Shown in pieces: positions 12,311 to 24,345 of a stretch of DNA of 64,000 nucleotides. This DNA is from Octopus sinensis (taxonomy: Eukaryota): NCBI RefSeq assembly GCF_006345805.1, contig NC_042997.1, forward strand, positions 23,064,001-23,128,000. The letters are read 5' to 3'. A program made the translations under genes and the position numbers. Positions within the stretch are counted from its first letter, which is position 1. Each line of letters starts with the position of its first letter. The notes under the pieces are model-generated. The model made no database searches. It had not been told where the DNA came from and saw nothing but the letters and a program-made list of their open reading frames with translations.

Positions 12311-12853
12311 AGAATAGCAGGTGGAGATGGATCTGGGCCATACCTCAACAGAAGCGGATAATGCAATTTTTTGCTTGACCAAGAGGGCAAGGATCCTAAA
12401 ATATTCATTTGATCTGAGGGCCTTTTTAAATTCAAATAATGGCTTCCCCACTTGCTGACTAGTGAACAGAAAATGTAAACTGACCCTTTTCAGAAACAAC
12501 TGGTACTGCTCAAAGGAAGATAACTTCATCTTGTCCAAAAGGGATTTTCACTTCTAAGAATTTCGTTTTAAGGTTTTTTTTTTCACCACTATGTTGACCA
12601 AGACTGTGTTCTTCCCTCTGTAAGTAAACAGGTTGTGTGCCTCCAGCCAGCAGGTTTGATTAGTTTCCTATGTTGCTAAGTGCAATAACAAGATGTGAAC
12701 CCAATGGTAACTTTCTGACTGACCATAACGGCTACATAAAATAACATATACATATATATATATATATGAGTGTGTGTGCTAAGTAAACATACAAAATTAT
12801 TGCAGCAGTTTTAATGACACATAGCACCAAAACATCTCATGTTATGAATGTTC

Positions 12854-13715
12854 GGATCTTTTGGTTTGAACGGCAGTTTTTTCTAGCAGTGTCATATGAA
12901 ATTGTCACCCATAATTATAACCCTAGTATCGATCTATTGCATTTCAATCCGTTTTAGGGTTGGGGGGGGGTATCTTTTTTTCTTCACAAATGTAAATAAA
13001 CCCAATCTGTTTCTTAAACAAGGGACATATTCATACGGCACAGAATGTTTTTTACCCCATCATCATCATCATCATTTAGCGTCCGTTTTCCATGCTAGCA
13101 TGGGTTGGACGGTTCAACTGGGGTCTGTGAAGCCGGAAGGCTTCATCAGGCCCAGTCAGATCTGGCAGTGTTTCTACGGCTGGATGCCCTTCCTAACGCC
13201 AACCACTCCGTGAGTGTAGTGGGTGCTTTTTACGTGCCACCCGCACAGGTGCCAGACAGAGCTGGCAAACGACCACGAACGGATGGTGCTTTTACGTGCC
13301 ACTGGCACGGGGGCCAGGCGAGTCTGGCTACGGACACGAGCGGATGGTGTTTTTACGTGCCACCGGCACGGAGGCGAGGCTGGCAACGGACACGAACGGA
13401 TGGTGCTTTTATGTGCCACCGGCACAGGGGCCAAGCGAGGCTGGCAACAGACACGAACAGATGGTGCTTTTACGTGCCACCGGCATGGGGGCCAGGTGAG
13501 GCTGGCAGCGGACATGAACGGATGGTGCTTTTACGTGCCACCGGCACGGAGGCCAGATGGGGCGGCGAACAAATATCTTACAAACTATAGAACTTTCTCA
13601 ATAAAGCCAAGAGAAAAAGATGTTTTATAAACACATTCTACCAGTATACGAAGTTTAAAATTTTTTAGTTACCTTGAAATTATGTTAAAAACTGCCGTTC
13701 AAACCGAAAAGATCC
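12854..13715. mobile_element. Non-autonomous DNA transposon (MITE) with about 29-bp TIRs and a 9-bp TSD, carrying a nested SINE
   Basis: Left end GGATCTTTTGGTTTGAACGGCAGTTTTT; right end reverse complement GGATCTTTTCGGTTTGAACGGCAGTTTTT. TGAATGTTC at both 12845-12853 and 13716-13724. Confidence 0.9.
13059..13551 (-). mobile_element. Young RTE-tailed SINE with about 5.5 tandem units of 55-62 bp
   Basis: (CAT)n tail, conserved core, repeated gtgcttttacgtgccaccggcac...ctggcaacggacacgaacggatg. Confidence 0.92.
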
Positions 13716-13747
13716 TGAATGTTCAGATATAGCAACCCAAGTTTATT

Positions 13748-13895
13748 TAAATCATCATCGTCGTTTAGCGTCCGTTTTCCATGCTAGCATGGGTTGGACG
13801 GTTCTACTGGGGTCTGTGAAGCCAGAAGGCTTCATCAGGCCCAGTCAAATCTGGCAGTGTTTCTACAGCTGGATGCCCTTCCTAACGCCAACCAC
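13748..13895 (-). mobile_element. Short RTE-tail copy
   Basis: Near-identical to 13065-13205. Confidence 0.85.
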
Positions 13896-14814
13896 AATAT
13901 GGAATTAATTATGGAAATGCAATTTCAGTAAAAAAAAAAAACTATTTAATGTGATGATTCCTTAATTACAACCTTCTTTGTGAAGATGCTAGATTATAAA
14001 GATCAAGGAAAATTTTTATATTCTTCAATCTATAATTTCAAGCCAAAAAATTAGTTAGCTGAATTCTATATTGCATCTAATAACTCGGCTATCTTTTATA
14101 TTCTGTTAGTTGTTTGAAGTATGATTTCTTGTTGACTCTCACTGTTTTTTCTCCCTCCCTTTCATTTGTTAGGTCAACACCCTGACCAGTGTAACACCTC
14201 TTACTTCAACTCACTCTCACTTTAATTCTCACATGCTCTTTCTCTGTAGTTTGCTACTTTTGTCAATGTGATAAACACATCATCCTTCAACTCTTTCTCA
14301 TTTCTATTCTACTCTGTTACTCCCTCTCTTTGTCATTTGATAACCTCCTGCTTTCCCCACTATTGAAAACAGAAAAAAAAAAAGAAAACATGTGACAGGC
14401 TTTTATATATTATTGCCTGTTTAATGAATCACATTTTTCTTCTAATATTTGTGCTGTTATTCAATTTTAATGTCATAGTCCTCTTTATGCATAAATTTTA
14501 AAATATTAAAGTTTGTAACATCAGAAAGTATTATGTTTAAAGGTACATTTTATTCTATACTACAAAATATATCTATAGTTTTTTTTATCCATTGTTTTAT
14601 ATATAGCTCAGATTAAAACACTTAATCTTTATATACAATATATTTGAGGATTAAAAAGAAAAAGGTATCAGCTGAACTAATTTTAGTCATCTTATGCTAG
14701 GACTTCATCAATGACTGAGTCCCTTATTTTGACTATTCACATAGATATTGCTTGTAAAGCCACTTTTACTAAGATTAATATGATATGTGTTAACAGTTAT
14801 TTTATTTTTTACTT

Positions 14815-15147
14815 ATTTCAGCCATTGGACTCTGGTCAGGCTGGGGCATCACTTTGAAGGGTTTTAGTTGAACAATTAGCCCTGAGTACTTACTTTTTCA
14901 ATCTATTCCTTATTGTATCAGTTTCTTCTGTTGAACTGCTAAGTTAGAAGAGCTTAAACAAACCAACATTGGTTGTTAAGCACTGTGGAGTCACACATAC
15001 ATGCAATTGGCTTCCACACAGTTTCCATCTACCAGATTCACTTCCAGGGCATTGGTCAGCTCAAGGCTTTAGTAGAAGACACTTAACCAAGGTGCCACAT
15101 GCCAAACCATATGGATGCAAAGTGAGCATCTTAACCACACAGCCATC
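14815..15147 (-). mobile_element. tRNA-derived SINE (octopus OR-like family), diverged
   Basis: Reverse complement of the element at 23339-23706 (head ..aaccacacagcca, tail ..gctggggca..). Confidence 0.65.
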
Positions 15148-15342
15148 CAAACTATGTTTAATCAGATGTAAACACATTCAACATCTAATGAAATATTCCT
15201 GTTTTAATTGTTTTAGTAATTCAATCCAAATATTAGGTATTAGTTTTCTTGTGACATTTTATCAAGTAACTATTTAATTTTATTTCATATTATGAAACTT
15301 TTATATTTAAGCAAATATATTTGTTTTTCTCTTGATCTCCAG

Positions 15343-15744
15343 GATCGACCAGAAAATACACTCTTAAAGGAACTCGAAAAAGCAAAAGGTCATGCTGAAG
15401 AAAATTTAAAACAACTTTCATCATATCGGAATGAAACTGAGCTTAAATCAAAATCATTGTCAATTTCATCTGAGTCGAGTAATTCAAGCTCTTTAGATTC
15501 ATATAATCAAGCCATGTTGATGATAAATTCGTTATCAGCAATTGTTAACGATGTTCATGGGAAGAGTCAATTCTGTGTTGAAAATTTAAAGGAGAGACAA
15601 TGTAACTTGGAATCTAATCAGTTCAACACACCATTATCTGCAAAAAGAAAGCAAAAGATAACTATCGGTTCCTTTGGATTGTACCACACATATTTGGCAA
15701 TATGTGAGGCCAATGCAATTTGTTGGCATTTAAAGAAAAACATT
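15343..15744 (+). CDS. KIF14: KIF14 exon (402 nt), Ser-rich linker + EANAI motif
   Basis: Inside ORF 15292-15825; ctccag acceptor, GTAAAT donor. Ends ...YLAICEANAICWHLKKNI, the kinesin-3 EANAIS motif. Confidence 0.92.
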
Positions 15745-16094
15745 GTAAATATTAATTTAATTCATTTTTTTAACTATTTCATATCATTTTTCTTCTGTTT
15801 AAGTATCATTTGTTTGGTGTACTAATTCATTTTATGTTCACTTTTTCTGTCCTTATTTGGGTTAGCTGGGTACATTATGGGGCATTATTTTACAGCTGCA
15901 TGCCCTTCTCACCACTAACCCTTACCTGCTTTTTAAATAAGGAATTGTTTTTAGTCACTCATCTATGAAGATGCAAAACAATTGAATAAGTTTTTGACAA
16001 AAGTGGTAAGAAATCCACTTGAAGTGACTGTTGTAAGGCACAAATGTAAACAAACGCAGACATGCACACACACACACACACACACACACACAGC

Positions 16095-16240
16095 AGACTT
16101 CTTTCAGTTTCATCTATCAAATTCATTTAGAAGACTTTGGTCATCCTGGGACTATAGTAGAAGATACTCGCCTAAAATATTTTGTGGAACTGAACCTGAA
16201 ACTATATGGTTGGGGAGAGAACTTAATTATACAACTATGC
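16095..16240 (-). mobile_element. tRNA-derived SINE 5' half, preceded by a (CA)n tract
   Basis: ttctttcagttt..gactatagtagaagatact..gaactgaacctgaaac..tggttggg. Confidence 0.65.
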
Positions 16241-17519
16241 TTTTACCTAATAGCTTTGAATATCTGATCCATATATCATATCTAAACAAGCACATACATA
16301 TGCATATACATTCCTATGTATATGCACGTTTGTCTATGCACATTGGCTAACAGGCACATATTTGTAGCAGTATGAATAATATGAGTAATTGTAAATGCTG
16401 AGAATTGAAAGCAAATTCGTTTTGTAACTGAATGTGCATTTTAACTGTAAAGAACACATCTGTTTCATACAATCATTACAGCTGTTGGATTTCTTTGAAG
16501 GCTCATGTTCTGCTCAAGCTACTGTTCTTTTCATGTCATACGAAGATAGTATCTACAGTAATGTAATCAAGTCAGAAAATCCATTGTGACTGGCTGAATT
16601 CACTTCAGAGATTGTCATTATCAACTATTTTGGATATTGAAATAAATAATTTAAAGACAACAGCAAAATTGTATGTTCTTTCAAACTTTTACTGGTACCA
16701 TGGAACTAATGTTGCATCTCCAAAATCAGATAATATTTTTCCACTTCTTAAGTTATCAGTAGGGTGTTAAATTTTCCCACCATGACTGCACATGTGATAA
16801 TAAACTTGTAGGAAATCAATCACATCAGCATTTCTCACTTTTTAGAAGTATACTGTATTTTTGTAGTGATGGACAAAGGTAGAATTAATAACATTAGAGT
16901 GATGGTACAATGTACATGATACCTAGTTGTTTCCATACATATATTTGCCAACTTCAACATTACTTTCAAACTGAGGTCAAATTCTGTACATTTATTGAGA
17001 GATTTCATGTTATTGCTGTTTCTTGTACTAATGTTGTGTTTGCATAGCATTCTTTCCTAATTCTAATAGCAACCAACAGAAGTTTCTCAACAAGATTAGC
17101 TCTTGTGAATTGTCACTAAGAAAAGAACAGAATTGAATTATGATAGAATGAATTCATTGTGCTTTCAATAGTGTATATGCATGGTGATTGCTGGTTGAAA
17201 AGTGTATGTAACATCAGAAATGTAACAGGTGCTTCTCACAGTTATGTTATTACACATATCTTCAACTGGTCTAGGAAAGAGCAGTTAATCTGAAATCAAA
17301 TTGCAATAATCCAAGAGTTAACTTTGATTGCCGAGTGGTTAGATAAAATCTGAGTTAAAACCAATGGAAGGTTCTCAGAAAATATATGTGAACTCTTAAA
17401 TTCTAGGACCTGAGAGTGTTTAAAGTCTTAAGAGTTGTACAAGTAAAATAAAACAAAAATAAAGCAATTTGTTTGCTATGTAATTGGAATTGTTATAGAC
17501 CAGGTGTATGGGAGACACA

Positions 17520-17655
17520 TCTGTACTTCATCCTTTCGGGGTCTATTAAATAAGTACCAGTTACGCACTGGGGGTCGTTATAATCGACTTAATCCATTTG
17601 TCTGTCCTTGTTTGTCCCCTCTGTGTAGCCCCTTGTGGGCAGTAAAGAAATAGGT
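17520..17655 (+). mobile_element. SINE 3' fragment (catcctttcgggg..aaataagtaccagtt family)
   Basis: Same motif recurs at about 27030-27150, 36945-37060 and, reverse complemented, at about 40790-40920. Confidence 0.65.
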
Positions 17656-18198
17656 ATTTAGAAAGAAGACATTAGGAATCATAATGATTAATCGAGATAT
17701 GATATGGGATTTCAGATAAGCTAGCAACAGATTCCTTCATTTTATGTTTTCCCATGCCGGATATCCTTCCCAATGTTAATCCTTACCTGTTTTACAAGTA
17801 GTGGATCTCTTATTCCACATAAGTGTGAAGGCATGAAATAAGTCGATAAGTTAGTGACAGCAGAAATGCCAATAATACTGTTCAAACATCATAAGTTTCA
17901 AATAAACTGGTGTAAACACACAGTTGTCATGGTGTTATCTTCTTAATTACATGTTCCTGGTTCTGATTCCCAGATCAGGCATTGCATTGTGTTCTTAAGC
18001 AAAACACTTTCTCATGTGGCTCTGCAATCTGACATACAGCACTCCATGCATCTGTACAGAAAATGTCAATTTGATGGTGGGAGTGAGCTATGTACAGCAC
18101 AAACATTTGATCACTAAACAAATCACCTGTGCAGGTTGTTCAGTGAGAAATTGTTGAACCTTCATCTGTCATCTGTGACAGGAGAGTCTACAATATAT

Positions 18199-18410
18199 AT
18201 CATCATCATCATCGTTTAACGTCCGTTTTCCCTGCTAGCATGGGTTGGACGGTTCGACCGGGGTCTGGGAAGCCAGGAGGCTGCACCAGGCTCCAGTCTG
18301 ATCTGGCAGTGTTTCTACAGCTGGATGCCCTTCCTAACGCCAACCACTCCGTGAGTGTAGTGGGTGCTTTTTACGTGCCAGGGGAGCCTGGCATCGGCAC
18401 AGAAGCCAAT
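18199..18410 (-). mobile_element. RTE-tail copy
   Basis: (CAT)n + conserved core up to gtgctttttacgtgcc. Confidence 0.85.
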
Positions 18411-18632
18411 ATATGTATGTATGTGTGTGTGCAGAATGGTAATTTTTTTTGGACAATAGAAAACATTTGCTCAAGGTGCCATATAGTAGAACTGAACATA
18501 AAACCACATGGTTGGGAAGCAAACTAAATTCATACACGACTAAAGTAGTAAATCACTTGATACAATATATGTTTACATTAAAAAAAGTTTTAAAATGTTT
18601 TTTTTTAAACCAATTAAATTTGTTCTTTACAG

Positions 18633-18776
18633 GTATTTTCAAGAGAAGATTATTTTGATGATGAAAACAATCTAAAAATGCTCATAAAATGTAGCTTAAC
18701 TGATATGAAGATTTGTACATTTTGGTCCTTTGAAGTGTTTATGAATAAGTTGCACCTACTGAGAGATGTATATCAG
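18633..18776 (+). CDS. KIF14: KIF14 exon, conserved stalk/tail segment
   Basis: tttacag acceptor, GTAATA donor. VFSREDYFDDENNLKMLIKCSLTDMKICTFWSFEVFMNKLHLLRDVYQ vs KIF14 ...ISTFWSLEKFESKLAAMKELYE. Confidence 0.93.
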
Positions 18777-18894
18777 GTAATATGGAGATTTATAAAATTT
18801 TTATTACCTTTCAAGTTAAGATTTTCATTTAATTAAATTTGAATAGCTTAGATATGACAAAAAGCTGTATGTATTGCATTCTTCTTTTAACTAG

Positions 18895-18989
18895 ACCAGT
18901 GATAATAATATGGAAGAAATCATTGCTGATGAAAACGACTGGAAGAAAGATGACAATTTTGAGTTAACTGACATATCTTCTCCAGAAAA
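18895..18989 (+). CDS. KIF14: KIF14 exon
   Basis: ttttaactag acceptor, GTTAGT donor. TSDNNMEEIIADENDWKKDDNFELTDISSPE(K) vs KIF14 DVFCDPEDEWEPD. Confidence 0.88.
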
Positions 18990-19285
18990 GTTAGTTCCTT
19001 TCATTATTTTTTCTGAAGAAAACAGGAGGCAGTAAATTAAGGACAACCTTTTTGTCACACTTCGATAACAATGATAAATTACTCCATTTAAGTTGCTAAT
19101 ATTTGATGCTCTCATATATGAATCAATGACTCAACTTCATTCTCAAGATAATTTTATTTTTGTTCACCAATTATTGTACATTTTTAATATTTACTTCAGT
19201 AAATATAGCAAATTCTGTGCTTTACTAATGAGACCAAAACATGTCTACAATTGTGTCCTCTACTTATCAAAAAAACAATATTAGT

Positions 19286-20360
19286 CATCCTCATCATCAT
19301 TTAGTATCTGCTTTCCCTGCCGACATGGGTTAGATGGTTTGACTGCATGGTTTCTATAGCTGGATGCCCTTTCTAATGCCAACCACTCCAAGAGTGTAAT
19401 GTGTGCTTTTTACATGCCATTGGCATGGGTGCTTTTATGTAACTTTGGCATTGGCCATGATCATAATTTCGCTTGGCTTGATGAGTCTTCTAAAGCACAG
19501 CATATCGCCAAAGATCCCGGTCACTTGTTATCACCTCCATGAGGACCAATGCTCAAAGATCATGCTTCACCACCTCCTCCCATGTCTTCTTGGGGCTATC
19601 CCTCCACAGTTAATGACCAGCACTTCTTTATGCAGCTGTCTTTGTTCATATGCATCACATGACCATACCAGTGTAGTCATCTCTCTTGCACACCACATCT
19701 GATGCTTCTTATACCCAATTTTGCTCTCAAGACACCTACATCCAGCGAAGCATGCTAGCTTCATTTCTTTCAAGACTTTGCATGTTGTCTGCAATTATAG
19801 CCTGTTTCACTACCATGTAGCATGCCTGTCGACACACACACACACACCATACAATCTGCCTTTCACTCTGAGTGAGTGGCCCTTTGTTACCAAGAAGCTC
19901 TCTTTTCTCGCTTGTTCTTATTTGAGCAGTTACACTCTTGGAACATCCACCTCCACCATGGTCACCTAGATAATGAATTCTATCAACTACGTCTAGGTAC
20001 CCCCACTGGCATTTGACGGAGTCTATTTTTTGCACATTTCTTGTATTCATTGTACCTGTACATCTCCCACACACACAGACTATATTCTCTGTTAACCACT
20101 CTCTGATATTGCTGCACCTCTTATGTGCCCATAGCTAGCACTGGGTACACCTTATGGAGTTTCTACCTACGCCTTTTCTACATATTGAGCAGGGCCATTT
20201 ACCTGAAGGGATTTGTAATTTGTCCGCTTTCCTACTTACTAAGACTTTAGTTTTTGTTAAATTAATGTTAAGGCCCTTTGATTCTAGACCTTGCTTTCAC
20301 ACTTGCATTTTCGTAACTGCCTTATTTTCTGTAATTAGCTTTTTAATGTTCTTTGTATGA
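19286..20360 (-). mobile_element. Decayed 5'-truncated RTE LINE (RT C-terminus + 3' UTR)
   Basis: Collinear with 61425-62890. Frameshifted remnants of the Cys/His motif, YLGD..GGGCSKSVTA, ERNEASMLRWM. Confidence 0.88.
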
Positions 20361-20481
20361 AATATTTTAACACTAACTTAACAATTATTTTACACTTAGA
20401 TTATGTTTCTGAGTAATTTATTCTGTAGCTAATATTTTCCATATGTTTATTGATATTTCTTTTGAAATATGTTGTCTTCAG

Positions 20482-20579
20482 ATGTGGTCTACCTGTTGTA
20501 ATTGCTTCACCAGAAAAATCTTTGATGGTCATGCGTCGATGTAGTTTACCAAATCATATACCGAAAAGATCAAGAATAA
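20482..20579 (+). CDS. KIF14: KIF14 exon
   Basis: tcttcag acceptor, GTAAGA donor. KCGLPVVIASPEKSLMVMRRCSLPNHIPKRSRI. Phase 2 to 1 chains with neighbours. Confidence 0.82.
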
Positions 20580-22559
20580 GTAAGAAAATTTTGTTAATTA
20601 CTATACCATTTTAACAGTTTTTAAACATAATTGAATAGTGAATTCTTGCTACATTAACAAAATGCCATTAACATTTTCTATAAATGAAGATGAAGTGTTT
20701 ACATTTGTTTATAGATACAATATTGACTGAGAATCTACAGGTGTATTTTGTGATATAGTATAGAGAATCATTAAGTAAAGACAGCATGACTGCTTTTTTT
20801 TTTCAAAAAGAAAAAAAACATTGGACAAATATTTCTCAAAACCTTTTTGTATATCTATATCTGTTTTTACAACTGCTTTAAATATGAAGAACGGGAGCAA
20901 TAGTACATAATTAGTTAAAAGCAATTGGTCATGTTTTAATTATTCTTTCATAAATATTGAGCTAGTAATTTACATTAGTCTCATGAAAGGGTGTAACCTT
21001 CTAAATGCCTAACATCTACTGATATCAACATTCAAAGTATGGAAAATTTCCATTTAGAATTAATTGAGAAATGAACAAAAGTTGGAATTACATAGGAGAT
21101 TCATCTTTATCAGATGTCCATCTTCCAAGCTGGCATGGGTTGGACGATTTGACAAGAGCTGGTAAGTCAGAGGACTGCACCAAACTCCAATGTCTGTTTT
21201 GGCATGGTTTTTATGGCTGGATACCCTTCCTAATTCCAATCACTTTACAGAGTGGACTGGGTGCGTTTTAAGTGGCATCAGCAGTGGTGAGGTCTGCTTT
21301 GACGTGGTTTTTACAGCTTGATGTCCTTCCCAATGCTAACTACTTTACAAATGAAGATCTAAATTCTTTGAAAACATTTCTAAAAAGAAAAAGAACCAAA
21401 AAAAGATCATTAATATATGTTCTATCATTATTGAAATGACTCCAAACACTATGTAAATTTTTTTAATGTATTTTATTCTGGAATAGAAATATCTTGCAGT
21501 GTTTATTTCAGTTGTCTGCGTTCTGAGTTAAAATCCTGCTACGGTTAACTTTGGCTTTCATCCTTCTGGGCTAGTGTGGTGGACTAGTGAAATCATTAAT
21601 GTTGAACAAGATGTCTTGTGGGATTTGTTCTGGCCCTGCATTCTTAGTTCAGATCCTGCTGTGGCTTACATGGATAGTAGATTTAATCTATAACTCAGTT
21701 TAACACCACCACTTGGCCCTTTGGAACTTCCAGCAAAGTTCACTCTGTTGCAAGCATTCACACCAGCCTTCAGTTTGATGATACCTTTCTCTCAACAGTG
21801 TTGACGGTTCTGAAAAGATTCTTTTTATCAACTAAGCAAAATAATAATAATAAAAAGATAAAATTTTTTTAATGAAACAGTTAAACAGTATGAATCAAAG
21901 AAAGTTCTGTTAGTTATGTGGTCTGCAAGAAAATGTGGATGGAATGTTTATCAATTCAATCAACTCTGTTCAAGTAAATTTGCAAATGCTTAAGATCATC
22001 CTATGATCTATGAAACCTATCTTCCAGTCAGCTCTGGAGTCATGTGACATACATTGCTATATAATGACTGTGTAAATGGAATCAAAATTTTTATTAGTGC
22101 AGACAATAGACTAACTGAATGAGTAATCATAACCACTTTTGTTACAACAAACAAAATTACTATGTTACTGTACTGTTGTGCCTTATCAAAATATAATGTA
22201 TTATGTATAATACTTCATATTTATTTACTAAAACATCAGCATGGATACTGATATAGTAAATTTCCATTAAACTAAATTTCTATTAAACCTTGTATGATAA
22301 GTCTTAAGTTATTAAAACTTACTTTATTTTGCTCACTTTTTTAATGACTTGTAAATATTAGAATGTAGCAAACCAGATCAAATCTGCTTAACAGCCAGTT
22401 TTCCTTCCAAATTGTAAACACTATAAAATAGAGTGGTATAAAAGGCAGTGAAGTATGGTCTGTCCAGATGGTTGTGATTGTGGACTGTTATGGACTATCC
22501 TCAAGCATATTCCTGACAAGCTTTAACAGTAAGATCTAAATAAAGTTTTTGAATACTGT

Positions 22560-22810
22560 GGTGTATGCGAGAGATTCAAAATAAAGGCACCTACCTTCTC
22601 TTTGCTCAGATGGAGACCCTTCAACGCTAGATATAGCAGCTGCTTCTCCCAACCTTAACAACGTGCTGATCCCGTCTTACCCGCTCAGCGACCTGCCTCA
22701 AAAAAAGCAGAATGCTGCCCTTGCTGCGCGCGTGTCACTGCTGCCCCTTCCGGTCAGCCCCAAGTTCCGGTCAGCTCCCCAGCTGCTGACGTCATGCCAC
22801 AAATACTATA
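22560..22810. promoter_or_regulatory. GC/CpG-rich promoter-like island inside a KIF14 intron
   Basis: TGACGTCA (22787-22794), two TTCCGGTCAGC copies (22748, 22765), TGCGCGCGTG (22725), and minus-strand GT donors at 22680 and 22594. Confidence 0.4.
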
Positions 22811-23091
22811 AAAAAATATATTAGAAAATATGAAATAGTCAGGCTCTTTTTTTTTTTATTAATGGGAGATCTGTTTTACACACTACTGCTTTTAAATATT
22901 TAAAATCACTTAGAAAAAAACATTCTATTAAAAAATTTTTCTTGTTAATTTTTAAAATACAGTCTTTCTTATTGGTTTTTCTTTGTGCTATAACTTCATT
23001 TTTTGAACTATTATTTAGCAGAGTATAAAAATCAGTCAAATGAAAAAGGATGCTTTTTAAAAATATCTATCTGTTTAAATTTTCTCAACAG

Positions 23092-23175
23092 AAAATATTT
23101 CTAAGAATACATTGTCATCAGTGTTAAGTAAAATCATAGAAGTGTCACCATTAAAGTTACCCCAAGGTAATACAG
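23092..23175 (+). CDS. KIF14: KIF14 exon (alternative in-frame donor possible after 23166)
   Basis: ctcaacag acceptor, GTGAGT donor. KNISKNTLSSVLSKIIEVSPLKLPQGNT. Phase 1 to 1. Confidence 0.8.
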
Positions 23176-23338
23176 GTGAGTAGATTTTCTTCATAACTTG
23201 TGATATTAAGATATACTGAATCAACTTATCAAGTTTTCTTTTATTTTATATTGTATGTTAATATATATTGATAATTACTAAAGATGACTGATAATCCCAG
23301 CACATGCTGCTGGTTGTCTCAATTCAAATAAATGACAA

Positions 23339-23706
23339 GTGTGACTGTGTGGTAAGAAGCTTGCTTCCCAACCACATGGTTCCAGGTTCAGTCCCACTGC
23401 ATGGCACTTTGGAAAGTGTCTCCTACTTATAACCTTGGCATGACCAAAGTCTTGTGAGTGAATTTGGTAGACAGAAACTCAAAGAAGCCCATTGTATCTG
23501 TGTGTGACTTTGTGTCTGTGTTTGTCCCCATCCCACCATCACTTGACAACTATTGTTGTGTTTACGTCCCCGTAACTTAGCAGTTTGGTAAAAGAGACCA
23601 ACAGAATAAGTACCAGGATTACAAAGAATAATCCTGGGGTCAATTTCTTTGACTAAAAAGCAGTGCTCTAGCATGGCTGCAGTCAAAATGACTGAAAAAC
23701 ACAAAC
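23339..23706 (+). mobile_element. Near full-length tRNA-derived SINE (octopus OR-like family)
   Basis: Head gtgactgtgtggtaagaagc..ggttccaggttcagtccc with Pol III A/B-box-like motifs, central TG-rich tract, tail gcatggctgcagtcaaaatgactgaaa. Confidence 0.85.
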
Positions 23707-24059
23707 ATGTGCAAAGCAAGTCATTATACTAGCCAAACAAACAATTTCTTTGTTATTGTTAAACAAAAACAAAGCAATTCAATGGACTATTGTCTGTCAT
23801 ATGATCATTTAACGACACACATGCATGAATGTACAATATTTACCACTGGTATCTTTGTAGTTTTAGCAGTTTTTTCTTTCCTTTGTATCCTACTTCTAAT
23901 GATAATGATAATAATAATGACTTTCTGTCACTGATACAATGTCATCAGTTGATACAGGAGGATATAAAAAATTGAATTAACTTTTGTACATGGTTACTAC
24001 TTGATTTATTAACTCTAAGGAGCCTCTGCATATCTTCTTTGAGCTGGTAGATATTGCAG

Positions 24060-24345
24060 TCAGATCTCACCATACCATCTTAGGACACATTCATCATAAT
24101 GTGTCTGCTTTCCATGCTGGCATAGGTTTGACAAGATAGCAAGGCCAGAAGCCATACCAAATTCCACTCTATTTTGGCATAGTTTCTACACCTGGATTCC
24201 CTTCCTAATGCCAACCACTTTACAGAATGTATTGGATGCTTTTTATGTGGCACTGTCACTATTGGGTTTTACATGGCACTCTCACTAGTGCTCTTTATAT
24301 GGCACTAGCACCAGTGCCTTTTTTTTTTTTTTTGGCACCAGTATC
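24060..24345 (-). mobile_element. Diverged RTE-tail copy with short (about 20 bp) repeat units
   Basis: ctgctttccatgctgg..ccttcctaatgccaaccac..gcttttatgtggcac units. Confidence 0.7.

Noticed and set aside
13222-13551. CRISPR-like array
   Set aside because: The units are degenerate tandem copies with no unique spacers, inside a eukaryotic retroelement UTR, with no cas genes.
13105-13630. Overlapping 100-160 aa ORFs in SINE copies (also 1459-1942, 45876-46142, 61467-61898)
   Set aside because: They come from GC-rich tandem repeats in the retroelement 3' UTR, are open in several frames on both strands, and show no protein family features.
15292-15825. Stand-alone 177-aa gene (similarly ORFs 4560-4850, 29670-30062, 36617-36916)
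   Set aside because: These are KIF14 exons whose open frames run into flanking intron sequence.
23339-23420. tRNA gene
   Set aside because: It has A/B-box-like motifs but I could not build a cloverleaf, and it continues into a SINE body with several copies in the window.
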